Origin: Candidatus Scatosoma sp.
Lineage (GTDB): Bacteria; Bacillota; Clostridia; Christensenellales; Borkfalkiaceae
NCBI GenBank assembly: GCA_045611525.1
Contig: JAZKXK010000086.1
Location: forward strand, 1 to 45,552
Length of the DNA stretch: 45,552 bases
Reading direction: 5' to 3'
A model generated the notes under the pieces. It was not told where the DNA came from. It was given only the letters and a program-made list of their open reading frames with translations, and searched no databases. Below are positions 35,386-44,944 of the stretch, in pieces. The position numbers and the translations under genes are program-made. Position 1 is the stretch's first letter. Every line of letters starts with the position of its first letter.

Positions 35386-37770
35386 ATGAGAAAAATCAAG
35401 AAAATTCTTGCGGCAACCATGGCGTTGACCATGCTTGTTTCCGCAACGGGTATTACCGCTTGTGATTTCGGCGGTTCCCGTGAGCTCACGGCAATCGTTA
35501 TCGCAAACGGTTCCTATGACGCAAGCTATACCTTAAACGAAACGGTTAGCTTTGCAGACATCGTTATCACGGCAAAGTATAACGACGCGTCCACTGAGGG
35601 CATCGATTTTAGTAAGGTGAAAGTATTCCTTGCAGGCGAGGATATCACGAACAACCTTAACAAAATCACCGAAAGCGTAGGTACCAAGCTTGTAACGATT
35701 GAATACGAGGGCAAAACGGCTAAGCTTACGATTACCGTATCCACCGACGTAGGCGGCGGCGACGTAACCGAACCCGTTATCGTTTCCGGCTTTGAAGCGC
35801 CCAGCGCGTACACCACCCACCTTTCCAAAAAAGCAGCGGCAGGCAAAACGGCGTACACCAAAGAAAAAGGCACGCAAAAGAACGCTTACGAAACGGAATT
35901 CGCGAAAGGCGACGATATGTTCATGGCAGGCGACGACAACGAATTCAAGTTCTTGCCCACTCTTCGTTTCTTGGACGCAAACGACCAGCCCGAAACGGCG
36001 ACGAAATTCCCTTCGACGACGACGGTTAGCCTTCATAACGGCACCGAATACGGCGCGCTTGAAAGCAGAGCGAAAGAGGGCGCAGAAGGCGTTGTAGAAT
36101 ACTTTGAAGGCGACACCGTATACCTTACGGCAAACACCGAAAACAACACCTACGATTTCGCAGACGCGGCAATCGGCAAGCAGTTCAAACTTGCAGTTCT
36201 TCCTGCAGGCAACTTCCAGTACACGGGTACGAAATCGGTAGACTGCGAAGTGAAGGTAGTAGACGGCTTCAACGTATACACCGCAAAACAGCTCGGCGTT
36301 ATCGACAACGACTACGTTGATGTGAATCAAGACCCGAATAGCTTAGCGCCCAGAGACGGCGCTTGGGACGATATCAAAGTGGCGGAAGGCTTGGTAGGCG
36401 TTAACCCCACGGCGGTTATTTTCCAAAACGATATCACTATGACCAAGGACGATATTCCCGCAGCGATGCAATATACGCTTACGGATAAAGAGGTCGTATA
36501 CTACGAAGACGCTGACGCGCAAACCAAGGAAAATCCTATCGCAGGTTCTAACACCTTCCTCTACGACTATCTCAACAGCAGCAAGGTTATGCACAATTCC
36601 AACACTATCTTGTATCGTTCGATTGCAGAAGGCGAAAGCTTTGCTATCTACGGCAACTACTTCAATCTCGACTTGTCGAAAGTACCTCTTGTAGCGTCCT
36701 TCGGTACGGATGAGGGCAACACCTTTGAAGACGGCTACGGCAGCGATACCTCTAACGCGTCCTTCCTTGTAGTGGACGGCGTAGGTACGGACGAGACGCC
36801 TACCGCAGGCGGCAACTTTGCGATTAAAAATCTTGACGTAAAGGGCAACGCAAACATTGAACAGCACGTTTACGTGACCAAGAGCGGCGATAAGAAAGCG
36901 GTATACGCAGGCGGTTTGATTTTCGTTAAAACGGGCGGCTTATATACGAACATTGAAAACGTACTCGCGCGTACCTTCTTCATTCCTCTTATGCCTCACG
37001 GTAAGGGCGAAGTAGCAACCTATAGAAACGTTAAGGTATACGATTCCTATCAGGACGCAGCGTTCATTTGGGGTAAGAACACCATTGCTTTTGAAAACTG
37101 CAATTTTGAAAGAGCAGGCGGCCCCTTGATGATTGCACAGGATATCGATCCTGAAGAACCCACTCTTAACAACTTCCCCACCATTACGGCGGACGAAAAC
37201 AGCAACTTCGTGAACATGGTCACGGGTCAAGAGTTCTGGTTCAACCTCTTTGGCGCACAATCACAAATCGCGAGTATAAGAGCCTTGGATCAACTGTTCG
37301 CATATATGGAAATTCCTAAGGCGGTTACTTCCGAGGATAAGATGAACATGGTTCTCCTTTCCATGCCTATCGGTTCTGATTTAAGTATTATCGGCCAGTA
37401 TCAAGCGCAAATTTCCTTCACCTACACGAAGGGCGACAAGGCGTATGCGCTTGACAGAGTAAATAACAGAGCGAACTGGATGACGGAGCTTCCCGATACC
37501 GTTGGTGAAAAGGTACACGACACGTTGGCTATCTTCAAATCGCAGTATAGTCGAGACGGTATGGTATTCAATGCCGGCGATGCAATGGGGTATATGACGA
37601 GTGATACGTCTGCTTCCTTGGGTTATATAACGGCGCAAGGTCCCGTTTCCTTAACTCAGCAAGAACAACTTGTATACGCGCAGGGCTTTGCGGCAAGCGA
37701 ATATCTTTCTATCAACTTCGGTGGGTTCGGCTTGTTCCTTGAATTCTTTACAACGCAACCTCAAGCTTAA
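35386..37770 (+). CDS. Secreted lipoprotein with an N-terminal Ig-like domain and a possible beta-helix region
   Basis: MRKIKKILAATMALTMLVSATGITAC lipobox. An Ig-like segment ends KLTITV. Later repeats resemble parallel beta-helix rungs (low confidence). Promoter TTGCCA-17-TATAAT at ~35322-35350. Confidence 0.85.
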   Translation: MRKIKKILAATMALTMLVSATGITACDFGGSRELTAIVIANGSYDASYTLNETVSFADIVITAKYNDASTEGIDFSKVKVFLAGEDITNNLNKITESVGTKLVTIEYEGKTAKLTITVSTDVGGGDVTEPVIVSGFEAPSAYTTHLSKKAAAGKTAYTKEKGTQKNAYETEFAKGDDMFMAGDDNEFKFLPTLRFLDANDQPETATKFPSTTTVSLHNGTEYGALESRAKEGAEGVVEYFEGDTVYLTANTENNTYDFADAAIGKQFKLAVLPAGNFQYTGTKSVDCEVKVVDGFNVYTAKQLGVIDNDYVDVNQDPNSLAPRDGAWDDIKVAEGLVGVNPTAVIFQNDITMTKDDIPAAMQYTLTDKEVVYYEDADAQTKENPIAGSNTFLYDYLNSSKVMHNSNTILYRSIAEGESFAIYGNYFNLDLSKVPLVASFGTDEGNTFEDGYGSDTSNASFLVVDGVGTDETPTAGGNFAIKNLDVKGNANIEQHVYVTKSGDKKAVYAGGLIFVKTGGLYTNIENVLARTFFIPLMPHGKGEVATYRNVKVYDSYQDAAFIWGKNTIAFENCNFERAGGPLMIAQDIDPEEPTLNNFPTITADENSNFVNMVTGQEFWFNLFGAQSQIASIRALDQLFAYMEIPKAVTSEDKMNMVLLSMPIGSDLSIIGQYQAQISFTYTKGDKAYALDRVNNRANWMTELPDTVGEKVHDTLAIFKSQYSRDGMVFNAGDAMGYMTSDTSASLGYITAQGPVSLTQQEQLVYAQGFAASEYLSINFGGFGLFLEFFTTQPQA

Positions 37771-37800
37771 TCACAACGCGTAAACGCTTGATTTTATGGT

Positions 37801-37843
37801 AAAACAAACCCGTTTGCGGTATATCCGTAAACGGGTTTTGTTT
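37801..37843. terminator. Bidirectional terminator
   Basis: AAAACAAACCCGTTTGCGG-tatat-CCGTAAACGGGTTTTGTTT. Confidence 0.7.
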
Positions 37844-38052
37844 GTGTTATGGAGAAGCTGGCGTTCGTTCCCGCTCTTCTTGGCTTCTCCTTGGGGAGAA
37901 GCTGGCGAAGCCTGATGAGGGGTTCTCTATTTTCCACCTCATTCGTCAACTTCGTTGACACCTTTTCCTTCAGCGGAGACGCAAACCCCTTTGTCCTACG
38001 GACATTTCCCCTAACAGGGGAATCGCCTCAAGGAGAAGGCAAGGGGGAAACT

Positions 38053-38931
38053 TTACTTATTCTGCGTTCTTTTGCTTTCTTCCGCTTTTATTGCCGCTTT
38101 TTCTCCAAGGATTGCAAGCAAAGACATAAGATATGCCGCTACCGTAAAGCCTACGATATACAGCCCCAAGAACACGATATACGGAACGGATTTTTGTATC
38201 GCTTCGAATACGGGCAAAAGGCAGCTGCCATAAGGGGAGATATAGAACATATTGAAATCGTAATCGGGATTGCCGAACTCTCCGTAGAGAATATTCATAA
38301 TCAAGGCAATGGTAACGAGCACGACGAACACGGGCATGCCTTTGAGGGCAGTTTGCTTTGAAGCGGGGATTTTACGGCAGGTATACATCATTACGCCGAC
38401 GACGACCATTGCGCCGTGGTGTATCATCGTTTGCAGGTTGATGCCTATTGTTTCGGTGAATACCGTGCTTGGATAAAGCATAACCGCCGCGCCTGCGAAC
38501 AGTCCGTAAGTACCCAAAAAGCAGTACAAGGCTTCGCGTATGCTTTGCTTTTTGATAAATACCGCCGCGAGCATGACATACATAGGCGTGGAGCAGAACT
38601 GGAAAGGGAACGCGCCCCAGTGGAACGCCCAGCTATCGTCGTCGGGATTATAGGCAAAGTTAAATTGCTTATAAATCTCTAACGCAATCAGCAAGCCCGC
38701 GATACTGCCAAGGACAATATCGAATTGCTTATCGTTTAAATTTTTTGCCTTTACGCACACCAGCGCGCACGCTCCTAAAAGAGCGAATAGGCAAAGCCAG
38801 TGGAACCAGCCGTAAAGGGACGGCTCGGTCATTTGTGCGTTTAGCACCGTCAAGATTTTTTCAAAAAAGGTAACGTTGGGCTGTTCGATTTGAATAGAGA
38901 TATGCCCGATATTTTGGGAAAAGTTTGCCAT
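38053..38931 (-). CDS. YwaF/TMEM164-like integral membrane protein
   Basis: 292 aa with about 7 TM segments and the motif AFPFQFCSTPMY, equivalent to WPLHLCNTAMF in the 30595 fusion. Start lies 2 nt after the mnmA stop, with GGAG upstream. Confidence 0.78.
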   Translation of the reverse strand: MANFSQNIGHISIQIEQPNVTFFEKILTVLNAQMTEPSLYGWFHWLCLFALLGACALVCVKAKNLNDKQFDIVLGSIAGLLIALEIYKQFNFAYNPDDDSWAFHWGAFPFQFCSTPMYVMLAAVFIKKQSIREALYCFLGTYGLFAGAAVMLYPSTVFTETIGINLQTMIHHGAMVVVGVMMYTCRKIPASKQTALKGMPVFVVLVTIALIMNILYGEFGNPDYDFNMFYISPYGSCLLPVFEAIQKSVPYIVFLGLYIVGFTVAAYLMSLLAILGEKAAIKAEESKRTQNK

Positions 38932-38933
38932 TA

Positions 38934-40127
<1,194 letters not shown>

Positions 40128-40146
40128 TTAAAAAACTTTCACAAAT

Positions 40147-40223
40147 GTACTCGTAGCTCAGCTGGATAGAGCACAGGCCTCCGACGCCTGGTGTCGTTGG
40201 TTCGAATCCAATCGGGTACGCCA
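40147..40223 (+). tRNA. tRNA-Arg (anticodon CCG), CCA encoded
   Basis: Manual cloverleaf. Acceptor GTACTCG/CGGGTAC (one G-U), D-arm GCTC-AGCTGGATA-GAGC, anticodon stem CAGGC/GCCTG with loop CT-CCG-AC, T-arm GTTGG-TTCGAAT-CCAAT, discriminator G, CCA. Confidence 0.92.
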
Positions 40224-40225
40224 AA

Positions 40226-40251
40226 AAAAGCACTCCCTAAGGAGTGCTTTT
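40226..40251. terminator. Bidirectional terminator (tRNA and convergent XRE gene)
   Basis: AAAAGCACTCC-ctaa-GGAGTGCTTTT. Confidence 0.75.
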
Positions 40252-40444
40252 AATCTTCAACAAGCTCGTCTAACGAGATTTCAAAAAATTTTGCGATTTG
40301 CGTAAGCTGGGCTATCGAAGGCTCGGTATATCCCGTTTCCCAGTGCGATATCGTTTTTAAAGATACATTTAACGCTTCCGCCAGCGCGTTTTGCCCTAAA
40401 TTTCTTTCCGTCCGTAAAGTTTTTAGATTGTCTTTAAATCCCAT
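40250..40444 (-). CDS. XRE-family helix-turn-helix regulator (cI/Cro-like)
   Basis: 64 aa with LGQNALAEALNVSLKTISHWETGYTEPSIAQLTQIAKFF. Confidence 0.8.
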   Translation of the reverse strand: MGFKDNLKTLRTERNLGQNALAEALNVSLKTISHWETGYTEPSIAQLTQIAKFFEISLDELVED

Positions 40445-40487
40445 ATCCGTTCCTCAATAATATAGTATCAAAAATTGAGAATAATGC

Positions 40488-40516
40488 TTGACTTTCTCAA
40501 AATTTGAGAATATAAT
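40488..40516 (+). promoter_or_regulatory. Promoter whose spacer is entirely a perfect operator palindrome
   Basis: TTGACT (40488-40493), TTCTCAAA-a-TTTGAGAA (40494-40510), TATAAT (40511-40516). An imperfect second site gTATCAAAaaTTGAGAa lies at 40465-40481. Confidence 0.6.
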
Positions 40517-40544
40517 TAAGGTATCAAACAAGAGGAGTGGAAAG

Positions 40545-40727
40545 ATGGAAGAAATCAAGGCGATATTGACGGGAATTTATAAGAAATTGACTGAGATGGA
40601 TGATAAGTTGCATAAAATCAATTCCAATGCCATGGAAATGACTATGGGGCTTTCGGTTATGCAAAAAGACGTTTCTAATATCCAGTACGACCTTTCAAAT
40701 CTTGCGGGGGAGGTAGAGGAAAAGTGA
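40545..40727 (+). CDS. Small (60 aa) coiled-coil protein, unknown function
   Basis: ATG at 40545 with AGAGGAG RBS. MEEIKAILTGIYKKLTEMDDKLHKI... is heptad-like. Confidence 0.45.
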   Translation: MEEIKAILTGIYKKLTEMDDKLHKINSNAMEMTMGLSVMQKDVSNIQYDLSNLAGEVEEK

Positions 40728-40853
40728 GTTAGATGCACGTTTGTCAATGGTATTCATGACAAAAACCAAGCAACTTTTTTCTTGAAAATCTTGACAAATT
40801 CTACCGATTATGCTATAATTATTATACTATAATTTTTTTGGAGGACCAAAAAT

Positions 40854-41234
40854 ATGAAGAAATTTTTAGTTGCACTTATGGCTGCTCTTACCTGCCTTGC
40901 TTGCGTAGCTTGCGCTCCCTCTAGCGTTGAAAAAGCAGAAGAAAAGTTGAAAGATGCAGGCTACACGATTGTTACTGTTTCGGACAAAGCTGTTCCTGGC
41001 GTTGATGGTTCTGTTGGTTCGATTACCGCAGCAAAAGCTGACTCGGTTGCAGACGCTTTGACTGGTGATGCTGATGGAATTTTTGCCATTCTTTTTGAGT
41101 CGGCTTCTGATGCAAAAGAATACTATGAAGAACATAAAGACGAAGCTGAAGAAGATGAAACATTTAAACGGGACGGTAAGTGGGTTTGCGTTGGCACCGA
41201 AGACGCTATCGAAGATTTCACCAAATTGTTCTAA
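40854..41234 (+). CDS. Small acidic lipoprotein, unknown function
   Basis: MKKFLVALMAALTCLACVACAP signal and lipobox. GGAGG RBS. Own promoter with TGcTATAAT at ~40811-40819. Confidence 0.7.
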   Translation: MKKFLVALMAALTCLACVACAPSSVEKAEEKLKDAGYTIVTVSDKAVPGVDGSVGSITAAKADSVADALTGDADGIFAILFESASDAKEYYEEHKDEAEEDETFKRDGKWVCVGTEDAIEDFTKLF

Positions 41235-41253
41235 TCCAAAACAAAAACATAAA

Positions 41254-41279
41254 ACGGGCGCGGATGCGCCCGTGTTTTT
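41254..41279 (+). terminator. Intrinsic terminator
   Basis: ACGGGCGC-ggat-GCGCCCGT followed by GTTTTT. Confidence 0.75.
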
Positions 41280-41348
41280 GTGTAAAGAGTGGGGTACAGG
41301 TACGCGTTGAAAATAAAACGACCCTACCATGTACGCATTGAAAATAAT

Positions 41349-41383
41349 ATAGGCAGGTATGCGTTCAACGCGTACCTGCCTAT
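41349..41383. terminator. Long hairpin terminator of glyQS (bidirectional)
   Basis: ATAGGCAGGTATGCG-ttcaa-CGCGTACCTGCCTAT, about 15 bp with one G-U. A T-run follows on the minus strand. Confidence 0.7.
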
Positions 41384-41399
41384 GTTCTTTGTTCTCCGC

Positions 41400-42800
41400 T
41401 TAGAAATCTATCTTTTCTTCGATATATTTGATTGCCTCTTCGACGGGTACGCGGATTTGTTCCATCGTATCGCGGTCGCGCACGGTTACCGTATTGTCTT
41501 CAAGGGTTTGGAAGTCAACCGTTACGCAGTAAGGCGTACCGATTTCGTCCTGACGGCGGTAGCGTTTGCCGATAGAACCCGTGATATCGTAGGTGGTGGA
41601 GAATTTCTTCATCATCTTCGCGTAAATCTCATCCGCTTTTTCCGCTAAGTTCTTTTGCAAGGGCAATACCGCGCATTTATAGGGAGCAAGGAAGGGATGC
41701 AATCTCAAAACGGTACGTACGTCGTTTTTCGCCTCGTCAACCACTTCTTCGTCGTATGCGTCCGTAAGGAAAGCGAGCACGACGCGGTCTGCACCCAAAG
41801 AGGGTTCTACCACGTAGGGTACGTATCTTTCGTTGGTTACAGGGTCAAGGTAGGTGATAGGCTTACCGCATTCTTTGGCGTGCTGGCTCAAATCGTAGTC
41901 CGTTCTGTCCGCGATGCCCCAAAGCTCGCCCCAGCCGAATGCGAATTTATATTCAAAGTCGGTGGTGGCTTTGGAATAGAAGCAAAGCTCCTCGGGGGAG
42001 TGGTCGCGAAGGTGAAGGTTTTCCTCTTTCATGCCGAGGGACAAGAGCCAGTTTTTACAAAAATCTTTCCAGTAGGCAAACCATTCCAAATCCGTGCCCG
42101 GTTTGCAGAAAAATTCAAGTTCCATTTGTTCGAACTCGCGGGTACGGAAGGTGAAGTTGCCGGGGGTGATTTCGTTACGGAAGGACTTACCTACCTGCGC
42201 GATACCGAAAGGCACTCTAAGGCGGGTGGAGCGCTGTACGTTTTCAAAGTTCACGAAAATGCCCTGCGCCGTTTCGGGACGAAGGTATACGGTGTTTGCC
42301 GAATCTTCGGTAACCCCTTGGAAGGTCTTGAACATAAGATTGAACTTTCGAATCGAGGTGAAATCGCTGTTCCCGCAAACGGGGCAAACGATTTTGTGTT
42401 CGTTGATGAACGCTTCCAAAGCGTCGTTGTCCATCGCCTCTACCTTAACGTCCAAATTCTTTTTCGCGACGTACGCCTCTACGAGATTGTCCGCGCGGTG
42501 GCGAGCCTTACAGCTCTTACAATCCATTAAGGGGTCGGAAAAGCCTCCGAGGTGTCCCGACGCCTTCCAGGTGCGGGTGTTCATCAAAATAGCGCAGTCC
42601 ACGCCCGTGTTGTAGGGGTTTTCCTGCACGAACTTCTTCCACCACGCTTTTTTCACGTTGTTTTTAAGCTCTACGCCTAAGGGGCCGTAGTCCCAAGTAT
42701 TCGCAAGCCCCCCGTAAATTTCACTGCCGGGGAAGATAAAGCCTCTGTTTTTGCAAAGAGAAACGAGTTTTTCCATCGTTACTGCTCTTTTGTCTGCCAT
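41400..42800 (-). CDS. glyQS: Glycyl-tRNA synthetase (alpha2 type)
   Basis: [20 protein letters not shown] and [25 protein letters not shown], plus a C-terminal anticodon-binding domain. Confidence 0.95.
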   Translation of the reverse strand: MADKRAVTMEKLVSLCKNRGFIFPGSEIYGGLANTWDYGPLGVELKNNVKKAWWKKFVQENPYNTGVDCAILMNTRTWKASGHLGGFSDPLMDCKSCKARHRADNLVEAYVAKKNLDVKVEAMDNDALEAFINEHKIVCPVCGNSDFTSIRKFNLMFKTFQGVTEDSANTVYLRPETAQGIFVNFENVQRSTRLRVPFGIAQVGKSFRNEITPGNFTFRTREFEQMELEFFCKPGTDLEWFAYWKDFCKNWLLSLGMKEENLHLRDHSPEELCFYSKATTDFEYKFAFGWGELWGIADRTDYDLSQHAKECGKPITYLDPVTNERYVPYVVEPSLGADRVVLAFLTDAYDEEVVDEAKNDVRTVLRLHPFLAPYKCAVLPLQKNLAEKADEIYAKMMKKFSTTYDITGSIGKRYRRQDEIGTPYCVTVDFQTLEDNTVTVRDRDTMEQIRVPVEEAIKYIEEKIDF

Positions 42801-43068
42801 AACCGTAAAACCTCTCGATTAAAATTTATACATGGTTATTATACAATGTTTTGGTAGGATAAGTCAAACGAAAGGGGGGGAGAAAATCAAGAAAAAATTC
42901 ACGCTTTGCGCGGTTTTTGAAAAGAACGGAAAAAAAGTTGGAAAAAAGTCAAAAAAAATCAAAAAAATCCTTGAATAACTATTCCCTTTTTTAAGAAAGT
43001 ATGCTATAATGATAGAACGAGAATATATATTCTATATATTCGCGGGCAAGTACGAAGGAGTAGAGAAT

Positions 43069-44724
43069 ATGCTGTCGGATATCGAGATTGCGGAAAGCGC
43101 CAAGCTTATCGACATACGCGAGGTTGCCAAAACCCTCAACTTAACGGAAGAGAATTTGGAACTGTACGGAAAATACAAGGCGAAAATCGCCCTGCCGAAA
43201 AATGCGGAGCGTAAAGCCAAGCTCATCTTGGTAACCGCAATTAACCCGACTTCGTCGGGCGAGGGGAAAACCACCGTGTCTATCGGGCTTGCGGACGGAC
43301 TTTCCAAGCTCGGCAAGCGGGCGTGTCTTGCGCTTAGAGAGCCTTCCTTGGGGCCCGTATTCGGTATCAAGGGCGGCGCTGCGGGCGGCGGTTACGCGCA
43401 AGTCGTGCCCATGAGCGAAATCAACTTGCATTTCACGGGCGACCTGCACGCGATTACCGCGGCGAACAATTTGCTTTGCGCCCTTATGGATAATCACATT
43501 TTCCGCGGGAACGAACTGAAAATCGATATCGACCAAATCTATTTCCACCGTTGTATGGACATGAACGAGCGCCAGCTTATCAACGTTACCGTCGGCGGTA
43601 AGGGCAGAGGGGTGGAGAGAGAAGACCACTTCGACATCACGGCGGCAAGCGAAATTATGGCGGCTTTGTGCCTTGCAACCGATATCGACGATTTGAAAAA
43701 GCGTTTGGGCAATATCATCGTGGGCTTGAACACGGACGGCGACTATGTGCGGGCAAAGGATATTCCCGGCGCGGTGGGTTCGATGGCGGTGCTGCTCAAA
43801 GACGCGATGAAACCCAACCTCGTACAGACCTTGGAGCATACCCCCGCAATCATTCACGGCGGGCCGTTTGCGAATATTGCCCACGGCTGCAACAGCGTAC
43901 AGGCGACCTACGCGGCGATGAGCCTTGCGGAGTACGCGGTTACCGAGGCGGGCTTTGGGGCAGACCTTGGCGCAGAGAAGTTCTTGGATACCAAATGCCG
44001 CGCGGCGGGTATCGAGCCGAACTGCGTGGTCATCGTAGCGACGGTAAAGGCGTTAAAGCTGCACGGCGGCGCGGACAAAACGACGCTGAGCGAAGAGAAC
44101 CTTGTGGCGCTGGAAAAGGGTATGCCTAACCTCTTAAAGCATATTGAAAATATCAAAACGGTATACAAAAAGCCCGTCGTTGTGGCGATGAACAGGTTCT
44201 TCACCGATACGCAGGCGGAAACGGATTTCGTTATCGAAAAGGTCAAAGAAGCTGGTTCGGTGGCGGTGTTCACCGACGTATTCTTGAAAGGCGGCGAGGG
44301 CGGTAAGGAGCTTGCGGCAGAGGTTGTCAAGGCTTGCGAAATCCCTTCGAAGATGGAATACGCTTACGGATTAGACGAGGGCGTATGCGAAAAGATAGAG
44401 AGCGTGGCAAAGAAGATTTACGGCGCGGACGGCGTGGATTTTAGCGAAGACGCGCTTGCGAAAATCAAGACGATTGAAGAAAAAGGCTGCGGGAACCTGC
44501 CCGTGATTATTGCAAAAACGCAGTATTCCCTTTCGGACAACGGCGACCTGCTCGGCAGACCTACGGGCTTTAGGGTTACGGTACGGGACGTCGTACTGAA
44601 AGGCGGCGCGGGCTTTATCGTAGCGATTGCGGGCAAGATTATGCTTATGCCCGGGCTGGGCGCGCACCCCGCGGCGGAAAAGATAGACCTGCTCAGCGAC
44701 GGAACGATTGTGGGATTGTCCTGA
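43069..44724 (+). CDS. fhs: Formate--tetrahydrofolate ligase
   Basis: Start MLSDIEIA at 43069 with GAAGGAG RBS. P-loop PTSSGEGKTT. Full-length FTHFS homology pattern. Confidence 0.95.
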   Translation: MLSDIEIAESAKLIDIREVAKTLNLTEENLELYGKYKAKIALPKNAERKAKLILVTAINPTSSGEGKTTVSIGLADGLSKLGKRACLALREPSLGPVFGIKGGAAGGGYAQVVPMSEINLHFTGDLHAITAANNLLCALMDNHIFRGNELKIDIDQIYFHRCMDMNERQLINVTVGGKGRGVEREDHFDITAASEIMAALCLATDIDDLKKRLGNIIVGLNTDGDYVRAKDIPGAVGSMAVLLKDAMKPNLVQTLEHTPAIIHGGPFANIAHGCNSVQATYAAMSLAEYAVTEAGFGADLGAEKFLDTKCRAAGIEPNCVVIVATVKALKLHGGADKTTLSEENLVALEKGMPNLLKHIENIKTVYKKPVVVAMNRFFTDTQAETDFVIEKVKEAGSVAVFTDVFLKGGEGGKELAAEVVKACEIPSKMEYAYGLDEGVCEKIESVAKKIYGADGVDFSEDALAKIKTIEEKGCGNLPVIIAKTQYSLSDNGDLLGRPTGFRVTVRDVVLKGGAGFIVAIAGKIMLMPGLGAHPAAEKIDLLSDGTIVGLS

Positions 44725-44944
44725 CGGGAAGTCCAGAAACTCAGTTTCTGGCGGGTTGCAAGGGTAGAACCCTTGCGCCTCAACGGCAGTCGTTGCGCGC
44801 AAGCGTAAAACCGTACCCCAAAAAGCAAAACGCCAGAGGCGTTAAGACGCAACCTATCGGTTGCTTATAAGTGTACCATATCGCGGGGCTCTGCCCCTGC
44901 ACCCCGCAAGAGGCAGCGCCTCTTGACACCAACCAGAGAGAACT

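Noticed and set aside
37849-38361. 170-aa + strand ORF
   Set aside because: Its first part is the hairpin-array intergenic region, and the remainder is antisense to the well-supported ywaF-like gene. It has no RBS.
42990-43068. Possible ZTP (pfl) or THF riboswitch upstream of fhs
   Set aside because: The 5'UTR is only about 58 nt and consists of one AT-rich hairpin (GAATATATA-ttc-TATATATTC). No conserved ZTP or THF riboswitch motifs are present.
44860-44900. T-box-like string AAGTGTACCATATCGCGGGG upstream of glnS
   Set aside because: It only loosely resembles the T-box consensus. There is no specifier-loop/Stem I architecture, and no terminator/antiterminator pair with a U-run.
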